Origin: a virus
Taxonomy: Duplodnaviria; Caudoviricetes
Direction: 5' to 3' (one strand)
Length of the DNA: 64,000 nucleotides
Virus record (IMG/VR): IMGVR_UViG_3300028410_000746
The first letter of the stretch is position 1; every line of letters begins with the position of its first letter. Under the pieces are notes generated by a model that did no database searches, was not told where the DNA came from, and saw only the letters and a program-made list of their open reading frames with translations. The translations under genes were made by a program, and so were the position numbers. Shown in pieces: positions 1 through 8,189 of this stretch.

Positions 1-347
1 CCCTCTTCGGACTGCACCGCGCTCACGATGTTCATGGTCCCGATGTCCAGACCCTTGCCAAAGAAGATCTTGGCAGAGGTGGGCGCAGAGGTGGGCGGGA
101 TGAGCGTGGTCTTTCTGTCTTCGGTCATGTCTGTACTCCCAAGTTTCTCGGGGGCCGGAGTGTCATCACCCGGCTCCGCTGTATGGTAGACCTGAGGCTC
201 GGTCAAAAGCTCAAGGTCCCACTCACCCATGCGACGTCGCACAGTTGAGGAGCTGCACCCTAGCACAGCTTGGATCTCTCGTACAGTCATTCCTTGTTTG
301 ACGAGACGCGTCAAGCGTTGTTTGGTGATGTCCAGCTTTTTAGCCAT
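1..347 (-). CDS. HTH domain fused to the start of an actin/MreB/FtsA-like ATPase (runs off the window edge; not in the ORF track)
   Basis: Manual translation from ATG 347: MAKKLDITKQRLTRLVKQGMTVREIQAVLGCSSSTVRRRM (HTH) ... FFGKGLDIGTMNIVSAV (actin-fold phosphate-1 DxGT motif); open to position 3. Confidence 0.6.
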   Translation of the reverse strand, partial: MAKKLDITKQRLTRLVKQGMTVREIQAVLGCSSSTVRRRMGEWDLELLTEPQVYHTAEPGDDTPAPEKLGSTDMTEDRKTTLIPPTSAPTSAKIFFGKGLDIGTMNIVSAVQSEE

Positions 348-390
348 GTCTGCGTCTCGAAGCTCGGTCTGAGTCTACCGACCTCAAGGC

Positions 391-404
391 ATTAAAAGAT
401 CACC
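391..404 (-). promoter_or_regulatory. putative late-promoter motif GGTGATCTTTTAAT
   Basis: Member of a recurrent 14-nt motif family; 44 nt upstream of ATG 347. Confidence 0.45.
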
Positions 405-416
405 ACGGGGGCGCGC

Positions 417-1127
417 TCAATCCTTCCGAGCTTTACGCAGCGCCGCAAGTGCGGCTGCCGCGTCTGCTACCCCCGACGACGACCCCTCCTCCTGCTTGCT
501 GTTCACGGTCCCGGAGAGCTTGGAGCCCGAAGACCGAATCTTGGACGGCAGGTAAATCGGTACCTCATCGTCGTCGTCGTCGTCGTCTTCGTAATCGTCT
601 TTCGCCTTGGTGCGCTTCGGATCAACCACGTGACCGCTCGCCACCGGATTGACCGAGATGCCCTTCTCAAGAAGCTCCTTGAGTTGAGCCAGCATCTCCC
701 CCTGAGAGACCAGAAGCTCTCGGGTCATCTGCTGGAGGTCGTCATTGCGTGTCTGGAGGTCCTCCTGGCGATTCTGAGCGCCTTGAGGTCCCTCACCCGA
801 CTCCGTAGTCGCGTGGGGAGTTGTAGCGGCGCTAACGGGAGAGGAAGAGACAGGACGCGCGGGCGGGCTCGCGGGCGGGCTCGCGCGCCTGTACGTACGC
901 GTGGGCTTGGGCGCGACACGAGAAGACGCCCTCGGCTGGTGCTCAAGCGCGGTCTGAACGCGAACGCGCGTCACGTGACCCTGACGGTACGCGTCCTGGA
1001 GGTCGAGGCTTCTATGAGCCAGGACGCTACTCAACGGAATCTCCGTGTCGTACGGGACGGTAACGCCGAGGTCCTTGATCGTGTGACCCCCCACGACCTC
1101 TCCACGGATGATGATCTGCTGTAGCAT
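417..1127 (-). CDS. hypothetical protein with coiled coil and acidic tract
   Basis: 236 aa ORF, GGAGG RBS, fits the minus-strand operon. Confidence 0.7.
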   Translation of the reverse strand: MLQQIIIRGEVVGGHTIKDLGVTVPYDTEIPLSSVLAHRSLDLQDAYRQGHVTRVRVQTALEHQPRASSRVAPKPTRTYRRASPPASPPARPVSSSPVSAATTPHATTESGEGPQGAQNRQEDLQTRNDDLQQMTRELLVSQGEMLAQLKELLEKGISVNPVASGHVVDPKRTKAKDDYEDDDDDDDEVPIYLPSKIRSSGSKLSGTVNSKQEEGSSSGVADAAAALAALRKARKD

Positions 1128-1137
1128 GTGAGCCTCC

Positions 1138-1638
1138 TCAACGGTTGTACTTCTTACCTACCACGCCAAACCGAGACGCCACACGTTGGCGAGTCATCTC
1201 CAGAGCTTGGGCCGATATGATCTTGAGCGCACGCTGAGCGCCGCGCTCAATGAAATTCTTACCTTCAAAGCCCGGATGTTTCCAGGCTCCTGACCTCATA
1301 GAGGCCTGTGTCGCAGTTCGGAACACCACCTGTCCGTTGTCCGTGACGATCGGGATCGGCCGGCGCGCCTTGGTCAAGTGTGTCATCTGGTACGCCTTGA
1401 CCCCGTTGTTCAGGTAACTCGCAGCGGGGTGTGAGGAACGGATGATGATCTGACCACCACGGACCTCCGACTCGAACGACGACAAGAGGTCGCTTGGTAC
1501 CGACTTGAAGGCGGTACGGCGGATCTCAGCCTTGACCTCCCGGAGGGCCGTGTCGGCGGCCTTCTCCAAGAAGCTCTTCGAGAGGGACGATGTATCGCGC
1601 AGTGGGGCCTCGGGCCTGGAGCGTTCGTTGTCGGGCAC
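1138..1638 (-). CDS. putative neck/tail-completion protein (HK97 gp10-like)
   Basis: C-terminal KHPGFEGKNFIERG motif typical of gp10-like proteins; AGGAGG RBS before GTG. Confidence 0.5.
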   Translation of the reverse strand: MPDNERSRPEAPLRDTSSLSKSFLEKAADTALREVKAEIRRTAFKSVPSDLLSSFESEVRGGQIIIRSSHPAASYLNNGVKAYQMTHLTKARRPIPIVTDNGQVVFRTATQASMRSGAWKHPGFEGKNFIERGAQRALKIISAQALEMTRQRVASRFGVVGKKYNR

Positions 1639-1719
1639 GGGGAGCCTCCTTGACCGTGCCCACTACCCGTGAGTACGCGGCCTGTATGCTTAGTAGGTGT
1701 CGGTACTCAGGAGACTCCA

Positions 1720-2316
1720 TCATCCCAGCTCCGGATACGGGCTCAGGCCCAGCCCTTCACGATGCGCTTGCACCGCACGCAGCAACATCTTGGCGTTGGC
1801 TTTTCCCAGGGACACCTTGACCTCCTGAGTGCCTTCGCACGTCCCATCCGAGATGAAGTTCACCACAGGCACACCCCAGTCTCGAACCTTGTTGTAAGCA
1901 CGCTCCGCATGCGACTCCAAAGTCTCCAGGATGATCACGTCATAATGGCGACCACGCAGACGCTCATCCCAGCTTCGATGCAGTACCGAGGAGAACGTTA
2001 GATTCTGCGTCTCGCTCCCCATGTACGTCGGGATGGCATAGATCGGCGTAGGAGCCACGTAAGCTACCCGAAAGCCCTCTTGAGACAGTTGCCGAGACGC
2101 GTAGCTGTAGCCCGCCCTTCGACCCAACGACACATGCAAGCGTCGTCCTCGGCCGCGCACGTACTCTACGTGGTCTGAGAAGACCGTCTCGCCCCGCGCG
2201 AAGGCTTCCAGGAGCAGCACGAGTCGATCGCCCTGGTTCGGGGTATTAAGCCGAAAACGCAACGTCGGCTCGTGGATACCCTCCAACTCACCTATGACCC
2301 AACGCGGAATAAGCAC
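1720..2316 (-). CDS. degenerate terminase-ATPase-like protein
   Basis: SLGRRAGYS / YVAPT / LRGRHYDVIILET align with TerL of this window (PIGRRSGKS / TVAPT / IRGYANIVVILDE); Walker A Lys and Walker B DE lost. Confidence 0.55.
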   Translation of the reverse strand: MLIPRWVIGELEGIHEPTLRFRLNTPNQGDRLVLLLEAFARGETVFSDHVEYVRGRGRRLHVSLGRRAGYSYASRQLSQEGFRVAYVAPTPIYAIPTYMGSETQNLTFSSVLHRSWDERLRGRHYDVIILETLESHAERAYNKVRDWGVPVVNFISDGTCEGTQEVKVSLGKANAKMLLRAVQAHREGLGLSPYPELG

Positions 2317-2324
2317 TACCTACC

Positions 2325-2621
2325 TCACTTATCGTCGACCAGATCCATGGATTTGGCCACGTCAATGACAATCCTGTTCAGAGCAGGGTACATCTTGTCG
2401 TCTTCCAAGTCGATCTTGCCGCCCAGCTCTTCTTTGAGTTCGGAGCGAACGCGCACGAAGAACAGCTCGGGCGCGTCATCTACGCCGAGCTGCTGAGTCG
2501 TCATCTCTCCAATCATCTTGTCGATGGACTCTTTGGGATCGAACGCGTCGTCGTCCGCAGCGTCGAGGAGGTTGGTGTATGCAGCCGCCACGCGGCGGGC
2601 CAGTCGGATTTGCTTCTTCAT
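2325..2621 (-). CDS. small acidic putative virion protein with RRVAAAY motif
   Basis: 98 aa ORF; N-terminal LARRVAAAY motif shared with other genes. Confidence 0.65.
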   Translation of the reverse strand: MKKQIRLARRVAAAYTNLLDAADDDAFDPKESIDKMIGEMTTQQLGVDDAPELFFVRVRSELKEELGGKIDLEDDKMYPALNRIVIDVAKSMDLVDDK

Positions 2622-2644
2622 CAGTCTCTCAAGGTTGAGGTCAG

Positions 2645-3631
2645 TTAGTGGATCATCAGTTGCGGTTTGGGATGCCAGTTACGCGAGAGTTGATGAGAGC
2701 AGGGAAGCACGGTCTCTAAAAGAATCGACAGGGCCTCCCCGGACTTGATCTCACTACCGCTAAAACGCACCACACTATACCCCCTCGCCAAGAACGACTG
2801 ATCACTCTGAGTGTCTGATGCCGCCTTAATCCGAGGATCTATAAACACAGTATCAAGACCGTGGAAGGCTTCCCCGTCGCACTGAACAACGACCACACGA
2901 CCGGAAGCATCACAGAGCTGTAAATCGGCTTCCCAAATTTGACGGTCGATTCCCGTGCCAAAAGTATACCAAGCGTTTCGTCTCCGAATTGAAACGCCCT
3001 CGCCTGCCAACTGCCCCACCAACAGAGCTTCCAAGCTTGACGGTCCGGTTAACCGTTGGAAGTGTTCCACACGGCCTTCCGTAGACAGCGTGTCCCACCA
3101 CCTACGAAAACCGACGTGGGCGGCTCGAATAGACCGACGATTCCCCCGAGACACAACTGCGCAATAGGCTTCTTCGTCGTAAACGGTCAAAAACAGGGCA
3201 CGGGCTTGGGAGTACCCCAACCCGAACTGAGACATGGCATACCTAACCCCTTCCCGTGATACCACGTCCGCCACCGCGCGAGCAGATAGCGTACCAGGAT
3301 GGAGACCCTCAAAGGTCTCAAAGAGGTACTCGATACTCAAAGGCTTCCAGGCCTCATACGACCTCTTGCTCATCTGGGAGCCTACAGAAACGCAGCGAGG
3401 GCACCTCTTCGCTTGAGAGCCCTTTTTGTCATAGACCTCCCAAACCGATCCACATTTCCGGCAAGTGAGTTGACACCGATACCCCGTCTTCCACGCATCC
3501 CACGACTCTCGCAAAACCACATGCGCCTCGTCAGTGGCGCAACTGATGTGGTTAATCCACGAATACACGCTTTTGACATGAGCGCCACAAGCTCCGCAAG
3601 AAGCGGGGAAGATGTGATAGGTGTTCTGCAT
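2645..3631 (-). CDS. free-standing Vsr/DUF559-like (PD-(D/E)xK) endonuclease, probable homing endonuclease
   Basis: Start MQNTYH at 3631, just after the upstream stop; N-terminal CxxC motifs; C-terminal EADL...VVVQCDGEAFH...D..D..FLARGYSVVRF; visibly lower GC than flanks. Confidence 0.65.
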   Translation of the reverse strand: MQNTYHIFPASCGACGAHVKSVYSWINHISCATDEAHVVLRESWDAWKTGYRCQLTCRKCGSVWEVYDKKGSQAKRCPRCVSVGSQMSKRSYEAWKPLSIEYLFETFEGLHPGTLSARAVADVVSREGVRYAMSQFGLGYSQARALFLTVYDEEAYCAVVSRGNRRSIRAAHVGFRRWWDTLSTEGRVEHFQRLTGPSSLEALLVGQLAGEGVSIRRRNAWYTFGTGIDRQIWEADLQLCDASGRVVVVQCDGEAFHGLDTVFIDPRIKAASDTQSDQSFLARGYSVVRFSGSEIKSGEALSILLETVLPCSHQLSRNWHPKPQLMIH

Positions 3632-3632
3632 A

Positions 3633-4991
3633 TCAATACATGATATTGGACCAGACCGGTGTTCGGCCGCGCTCTTCGATGCCCTCAGGCGGCTCGTCCG
3701 TACAGTCGTCGCCCGTCTTGTCCGTGATCTGCGGGTAACGCACTGCGTCATCCGAGTCATCCCAAAGCCACGGGCGCGTCTCGGGGAAAGCCAGGGCATC
3801 GGTACCCGTCACAGGAACCTTGTACCGGATATCGTGCCGGTCGAGGAGGTTCACAGAGAAGTGCTGCTGGAGCACGTTACCTCGGTTGGTCGGCATACGT
3901 ACCGCTCCAATCGAGTAACGGTCACCGTTGAGCTTGACGAAGAAGTCACGCTGGCTCAAGAGAGGCCGAGGGCCCGTCCAGACGTCATAGCGCATCTCTT
4001 CGTAACGACCACGATCCGTCTGACGGAGCGTACGCTCGGTGTCGGGCGGAACAAGGAGCTGCTCGTAAGGACCCTCGTAACCCCCAAGAATTCCAGTGCC
4101 GAAACAGCCGGGGCAGTTGTTACGAGGATGGGGGTCGTCCGCATCCTGGCGACAGCCGCACGGCACGCCCTGGTACTTGTGGATGAAGAGCTTGACGCGC
4201 TCTCCGCCCTGATCAATCAGCCAGCGGTTGCGACGGATCGCCTCTCGCCAAATGTAGTCCAGATTCTCCATCTGATGGATGTGGCGCGATTCCGTCCACT
4301 CAAGGGGCGTCTCCTTCGTTTGGAGATCCCAGGAGTCCACACCAACTGTCGTGATCCGCCAGAACGCACGCTTGAACAGATCCGTACGCAGGTGGTTGGT
4401 GTTGTAGGTGTAGTCGACCGTCACCGTGGAGCCCGGAAAGGGCAGCACGGGCTCAATGCGCTCATTGGTCCGTACGTCGTAGGTATAGGCCGTCTGAAGC
4501 TGAACCTCACCCGTCTCCCCGAAGACGCGTGCGGGCCGAACCTGCACGCCGTCTATCGTCACGATCACGTCGTCGGAGCTGTTCGCCGGGAGCCGGGGCT
4601 GTCCCGGCTGCATGATTGGGAAGTTAGCCGTCTTGAACGTCCAGTTGTCCGCCTCGTCCCCTCGGGAGAGGAAGCTCCCCGAAACATCCTCGCCCACCAC
4701 CGTCTGCTGCGTCGTCGCGTCCCTGTAGTACGTCGCCCCGATTGGGTTGATGTTGAGACGCTCGAACGGGCCAAACTCGGAGTCGAAGCTCCGGTAGATG
4801 TTGACCCCCAGGATCGTGAATCGGCCGTTGTTCGGCAAGAGCGCGGGCGCATCCCAGTACAGATCCACGGTCGGGAACGCATCATCTGCGTCGAACGCGT
4901 ACTGCACGTTGAAGTTCAACGGCTGTACCGGGAAGTCGGGATTGACCCGCTCCTTAACCGTTGTCCTTCTATCTCGGGGTCCTGCGGCCAT
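3633..4991 (-). CDS. putative head-closure/neck protein with Zn-binding motif
   Basis: 452 aa, typical codon use; CGC...CPGCFGTGILGGY motif; lies among neck genes. Confidence 0.5.
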   Translation of the reverse strand: MAAGPRDRRTTVKERVNPDFPVQPLNFNVQYAFDADDAFPTVDLYWDAPALLPNNGRFTILGVNIYRSFDSEFGPFERLNINPIGATYYRDATTQQTVVGEDVSGSFLSRGDEADNWTFKTANFPIMQPGQPRLPANSSDDVIVTIDGVQVRPARVFGETGEVQLQTAYTYDVRTNERIEPVLPFPGSTVTVDYTYNTNHLRTDLFKRAFWRITTVGVDSWDLQTKETPLEWTESRHIHQMENLDYIWREAIRRNRWLIDQGGERVKLFIHKYQGVPCGCRQDADDPHPRNNCPGCFGTGILGGYEGPYEQLLVPPDTERTLRQTDRGRYEEMRYDVWTGPRPLLSQRDFFVKLNGDRYSIGAVRMPTNRGNVLQQHFSVNLLDRHDIRYKVPVTGTDALAFPETRPWLWDDSDDAVRYPQITDKTGDDCTDEPPEGIEERGRTPVWSNIMY

Positions 4992-5038
4992 GCGCGGTGA
5001 TCTCCAGGTGGGTTGGATCGAACACGACCACCGCGACT

Positions 5039-5052
5039 ATAAAAGGATAACC
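5039..5052 (-). promoter_or_regulatory. putative late-promoter motif GGTTATCCTTTTAT
   Basis: 48 nt upstream of ATG 4991. Confidence 0.5.
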
Positions 5053-5058
5053 ACGCGC

Positions 5059-5448
5059 TTACGCGCTCAGGCACGGCTCCAGGAAGTCCTCCTGAGACAG
5101 GCAGTAGGCGTAGCCGTGAGGATCAACCTGCAAGATGGCACCCACGAAGTGTGCCCCCGCCTCCATGATGAACAGGTCCGGCAAGTGGCTCAGGATGTGC
5201 TCCTGCTCCTCGTAGTCGTTATGAGGCCACACGTAGTGACACTCAGTCCCGTCCTCCTGAACCTCCACGATGAGAACGGTCTTGAGAGAGAACATCTCCT
5301 CCAACCACATGTAGAGGTCCTCAGAAGCACTCGACTCCGAGCGTAGACGCTTCTGCTTGTCCTTACCGATCGGCGTGTAGTGTACCGTGAATTCCGGGTG
5401 GGTTGGGGGTGAGAAACTGTAGAGCGTTTGAGGTCGCATCGTCCACAT
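5059..5448 (-). CDS. hypothetical protein
   Basis: 129 aa ORF with GAGGGG RBS. Confidence 0.6.
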   Translation of the reverse strand: MWTMRPQTLYSFSPPTHPEFTVHYTPIGKDKQKRLRSESSASEDLYMWLEEMFSLKTVLIVEVQEDGTECHYVWPHNDYEEQEHILSHLPDLFIMEAGAHFVGAILQVDPHGYAYCLSQEDFLEPCLSA

Positions 5449-5529
5449 AATCCCCTCGCATTGCTGCTGGTTGCGGGTTGCTTCCGGAAGCTCAAGCTCC
5501 CTGGAACACCTACAGAGAGGATGAGTAGA

Positions 5530-5997
5530 TTAAGGCTCGAAGGCCACAGCATCGACAGGCTGACCCATCTCCTCCAAGCCCTCACACAGGGGGCAGTTGA
5601 TACCGTGCTCCCAGCACACCTTGCCGGCTTGGTGTTTCGGAGAGCCCTCATGGCTACGCGCCGGAGCGGCTGGCCCGGCCGGACGACTCATCCCTACCCA
5701 GGTATCCCCACTCTCTATGCGCAGAAGAGACCAACGCCGACCGCCATAAACGAAAGTCCGACCCGAACGCTCCTGCGACTCCCACCACATCCGAATCGTA
5801 GCCAAGGAGGTGGTCTCCAGGCCCAAGGACTCATTGGCCTCGAACCTGAAATACAAGAACCATCCCGCCTCATAGCCGCTTGACGAGACACGCAGCTCTA
5901 CGACCTCATGCGAGGTAAACAAGGGCGCACCGATGTGAGGTAAAAGCAGCTCCTCCAGGAAGTCTGACGTCCGGCTCACAGCCTCTCGCTCATCCAT
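5530..5997 (-). CDS. hypothetical protein with C-terminal CxxH..CPxC motif
   Basis: 155 aa ORF downstream of a sigma70-like promoter. Confidence 0.6.
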   Translation of the reverse strand: MDEREAVSRTSDFLEELLLPHIGAPLFTSHEVVELRVSSSGYEAGWFLYFRFEANESLGLETTSLATIRMWWESQERSGRTFVYGGRRWSLLRIESGDTWVGMSRPAGPAAPARSHEGSPKHQAGKVCWEHGINCPLCEGLEEMGQPVDAVAFEP

Positions 5998-6032
5998 AAC
6001 ACACCTTCATACCCTTGTAACGTAGTAGACGT

Positions 6033-6066
6033 AAAATACCCCTTGACGCTTGGTAGTGTCAAGGGG
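6033..6066 (-). terminator. intrinsic terminator with an embedded sigma70-like promoter
   Basis: CCCCTTGACACT-ACCA-AGCGTCAAGGGG stem followed by TATTTT; TTGACA (6062-6057), 18 nt, TATTTT (6038-6033). Confidence 0.55.
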
Positions 6067-6091
6067 CATATACGTGGACCTCAAGAGAGAC

Positions 6092-6901
6092 TCAGACCGA
6101 CTCGGCCTCGTAGCGGCCGTTGCCCATGTTGCGAATGACGTCTCGGCTGGTCTGGGGTATCTCGACCAGGATCGAACGAACATAGTTGCTGCGGTTGTAC
6201 TCATCGTCATAGTAGTAGTCGTCGTCAAACGAGCTACGCGCCTCCTTGTAGACGTCGACACGCACGACATCACCCGCCTCAACCCGACGGAGCACCTCTT
6301 CAAGGCCACCGCGACGAACCGAAGGTGCGCCCTTGAGCGCATCCCAGCCTCGGAAGGCCTCAGCCGCATGCGTGTAGTCCGCGCCGCGCAGCTTCTCCTT
6401 CTGGAGAACGTAGTACACGAACTTGGCTGCATGACTCGCACCCGCCATGCGTACAGACGCCTCGCGCCAGCCGTCTCGCGTCTTCTCGATCTTGCCCTTG
6501 CTCGTCATGGGTATTTCGACCGTAATGTTCTGCTTGAGATCACCACGCACCATCTCATCCTCATCCTCATCGTACTCACTGAAGTACACGAACACGTCCA
6601 CCACCGTACCCGGAGAAGCCGAGGTGAGCGCCTCATCCAGGGGCTCAATGTCGGTGATGCCGTTCATAGACGACATGTTACGCTTCCAGGAGTCCCAGTC
6701 CTTGTAGACGATGGCCTCGTGAAGGTACTTCTTGCCCGACGCGCGCTCCTTGCGTAGAGCTTGCCGAACGATCTTGGCTGCGTACGAAGCAGCAGCGGCA
6801 GTACGCGTAGACGCCAGGGAGGCGATCACAGGCTTGAGGTGAGGACGCAGCTCAGGCTTGGTTTTGCCGAGGCGAATGAGACGGGCTTTGAGATCAGACA
6901 T
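6092..6901 (-). CDS. leader-tagged putative virion protein with a tandem internal duplication
   Basis: Starts MSDLKARLIRLGKTKPELRPHLKPVIASL; two similar segments (GTVVDVFVY..NITVEIPMTS / GDVVRVDVY..SILVEIPQTS). Confidence 0.7.
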   Translation of the reverse strand: MSDLKARLIRLGKTKPELRPHLKPVIASLASTRTAAAASYAAKIVRQALRKERASGKKYLHEAIVYKDWDSWKRNMSSMNGITDIEPLDEALTSASPGTVVDVFVYFSEYDEDEDEMVRGDLKQNITVEIPMTSKGKIEKTRDGWREASVRMAGASHAAKFVYYVLQKEKLRGADYTHAAEAFRGWDALKGAPSVRRGGLEEVLRRVEAGDVVRVDVYKEARSSFDDDYYYDDEYNRSNYVRSILVEIPQTSRDVIRNMGNGRYEAESV

Positions 6902-6947
6902 GGCGTACGTGCTCCGGGATAGAAGAAGGTATACACCTTCCCCCTGT

Positions 6948-6961
6948 ATAGACGAGTTACC
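6948..6961 (-). promoter_or_regulatory. putative late-promoter motif GGTAACTCGTCTAT
   Basis: 47 nt upstream of ATG 6901. Confidence 0.4.
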
Positions 6962-6966
6962 GCACA

Positions 6967-7137
6967 TCACCACCGAAAGCGAAGGGTGCCCATGAGATAC
7001 GAATACAGGAGCGGGCTCACGTAACACACCAACGCCAGCCATCGGTCGACCTGGAAGTACGGTGCAAAGCCTACAAACACTACGCCCGATACCAGCATCA
7101 ACACGTACACTGCACGTCGGAGATGAGTAAGAGTCAT
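6967..7137 (-). CDS. small two-TM membrane protein
   Basis: MTLTHLRRAVYVLMLVSGVVFVGFAPYFQVDRWLALVCYVSPLLYSYLMGTLRFRW; GGAGAGG RBS. Confidence 0.5.
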   Translation of the reverse strand: MTLTHLRRAVYVLMLVSGVVFVGFAPYFQVDRWLALVCYVSPLLYSYLMGTLRFRW

Positions 7138-7221
7138 GAAACCTCTCCAGGTAAAGGTAGACGAAACATCCCCGCTTGCGCGAAGAGTTGACACGGGGCA
7201 CACGTTTTGCTGTACCACGCC

Positions 7222-7791
7222 TCACCCCGGAGAGTCGCAACCGTCAAGGGGTTTCGATCTTTGCAGGAGACCCAACACCTGCTGCTCCCTCAAGATCTCC
7301 GCTTCCTCGTCCTCTTCGGGAAGCCCACCCTCCAGGATGCCCACCAGCTCGAAGATGCCATGCGGGTCGAACTCGCCCGTACTTGCGTCGAGGACCCAGG
7401 ACCTACCCCCGAGTAGATTCTCAGGGCATGTATGCTCCTCGACGTAGTAACGCATGTCACTGAGGCGCTCTTCAGCGTTCGCGGCGCGCCCGTAATCCAG
7501 GGTCTCGCGTGCGAGGACGAAATGCCCGGCTCGGATAACCTGCGTCAACTGGGACGCCTTGGTGCCCGTGGTAACCTCGACCACCTCCTCCCCCAGGATC
7601 TTCCCGCTCACGCTTACGAGACAGTTATCGCAGTACCAAGGGCCAAATCGACGCACCTGCGTAGAGTCCGCATCAAAGAGGTGGTCGACCGTACTCATGT
7701 CCTCACCGCAGTCCGGGCAGCACAAGAGCGTGCGAGTGTCTTTTCGTGTGTATGACACAGTGTCTCCGTCATAAAAATACCTCCGTAACAT
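7222..7791 (-). CDS. Zn-ribbon hypothetical protein
   Basis: CPDC...CDNC pair; 189 aa; start uncertain. Confidence 0.6.
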   Translation of the reverse strand: MLRRYFYDGDTVSYTRKDTRTLLCCPDCGEDMSTVDHLFDADSTQVRRFGPWYCDNCLVSVSGKILGEEVVEVTTGTKASQLTQVIRAGHFVLARETLDYGRAANAEERLSDMRYYVEEHTCPENLLGGRSWVLDASTGEFDPHGIFELVGILEGGLPEEDEEAEILREQQVLGLLQRSKPLDGCDSPG

Positions 7792-7800
7792 ACGGAGGTA
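7773..7800 (-). terminator. intrinsic terminator closing the mini-CRISPR transcript
   Basis: Perfect 10-bp stem TACCTCCGTA-TGT-TACGGAGGTA followed by TTTTT. Confidence 0.65.
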
Positions 7801-7804
7801 ACCC

Positions 7805-7834
7805 AGGGTACCACGAGAGAGTGAAGCCCGTCAA
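7805..7834 (-). promoter_or_regulatory. sigma70-like promoter
   Basis: TTGACG-N18-TACCCT with upstream TG (extended -10). Confidence 0.5.
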
Positions 7835-8001
7835 GGGTCCGAAGACCTGACAAGCTCCCGGCGCCGTCTCCCCTACTCCTGAAGGTCACCCCCCACAGGG
7901 ACATCACAGTGTAACTCGCCCGGCTCCATCGAACGCTTATGCCCAAAGGCCACGAAAGGCACGGAGTACATCAGGGTCTCGCCCATCCCATTATAATGAA
8001 T

Positions 8002-8090
8002 GGGACATCCCCGCTCGCGCGGGGAACACTATACAGTGCGTGGAGTGGGCGGCGTCAAGGGCGGGACATCCCCGCTCGCGCGGGGAACAC
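8002..8090 (-). CRISPR. orphan type I-E mini-array (2 repeats, 1 spacer)
   Basis: Two identical 28-nt repeats GTGTTCCCCGCGCGAGCGGGGATGTCCC (8063-8090, 8002-8029), 61-nt period, palindromic CCCCGC/GCGGGG stem; resembles the E. coli-type I-E repeat GTGTTCCCCGCGCCAGCGGGGATAAACCG. Confidence 0.85.
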
Positions 8091-8189
8091 TCTTCAAATG
8101 TTCAAGCCTTCGGAAGTGTACCTAACCCCCTGTATTCGCTCAGGAATCCTGTTGGCATGGGGTGCGCCGTTTTGCTTTACCAACTCTTA
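8091..8189 (-). promoter_or_regulatory. CRISPR leader-like sequence
   Basis: AT-richer non-coding stretch 5' of the first repeat; ends AACATTTGAAGA-repeat; contains GAGTTGGTAAAG, similar to GTTGGTAGA in I-E leaders. Confidence 0.55.

Noticed and set aside
1526-1723. 65 aa ORF between the pseudo-terminase and gp10-like genes
   Set aside because: Overlaps the downstream gene by over 100 nt and has no motif; cannot be supported
3621-5000. Long plus-strand ORFs (also 22897-24348, 24523-26058, 29976-31331, 32674-34002, 36574-38628 and others)
   Set aside because: Antisense shadows of well-supported minus-strand genes; expected in high-GC DNA; no motifs or RBS
6902-7240. N-terminal extensions of track ORFs (e.g. 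7240, 12789, 3799, 38811, 10056)
   Set aside because: Internal ATGs with an RBS, leader motif or stop/start coupling give better starts; the extensions overlap other genes or regulatory elements
7941-7969. Third degenerate CRISPR repeat one period beyond repeat 8002
   Set aside because: Only a few matching bases (GTACTCCGTGCC vs GTGTTCCCCGCG) and no palindrome, so 7969-8001 is not counted as a second spacer
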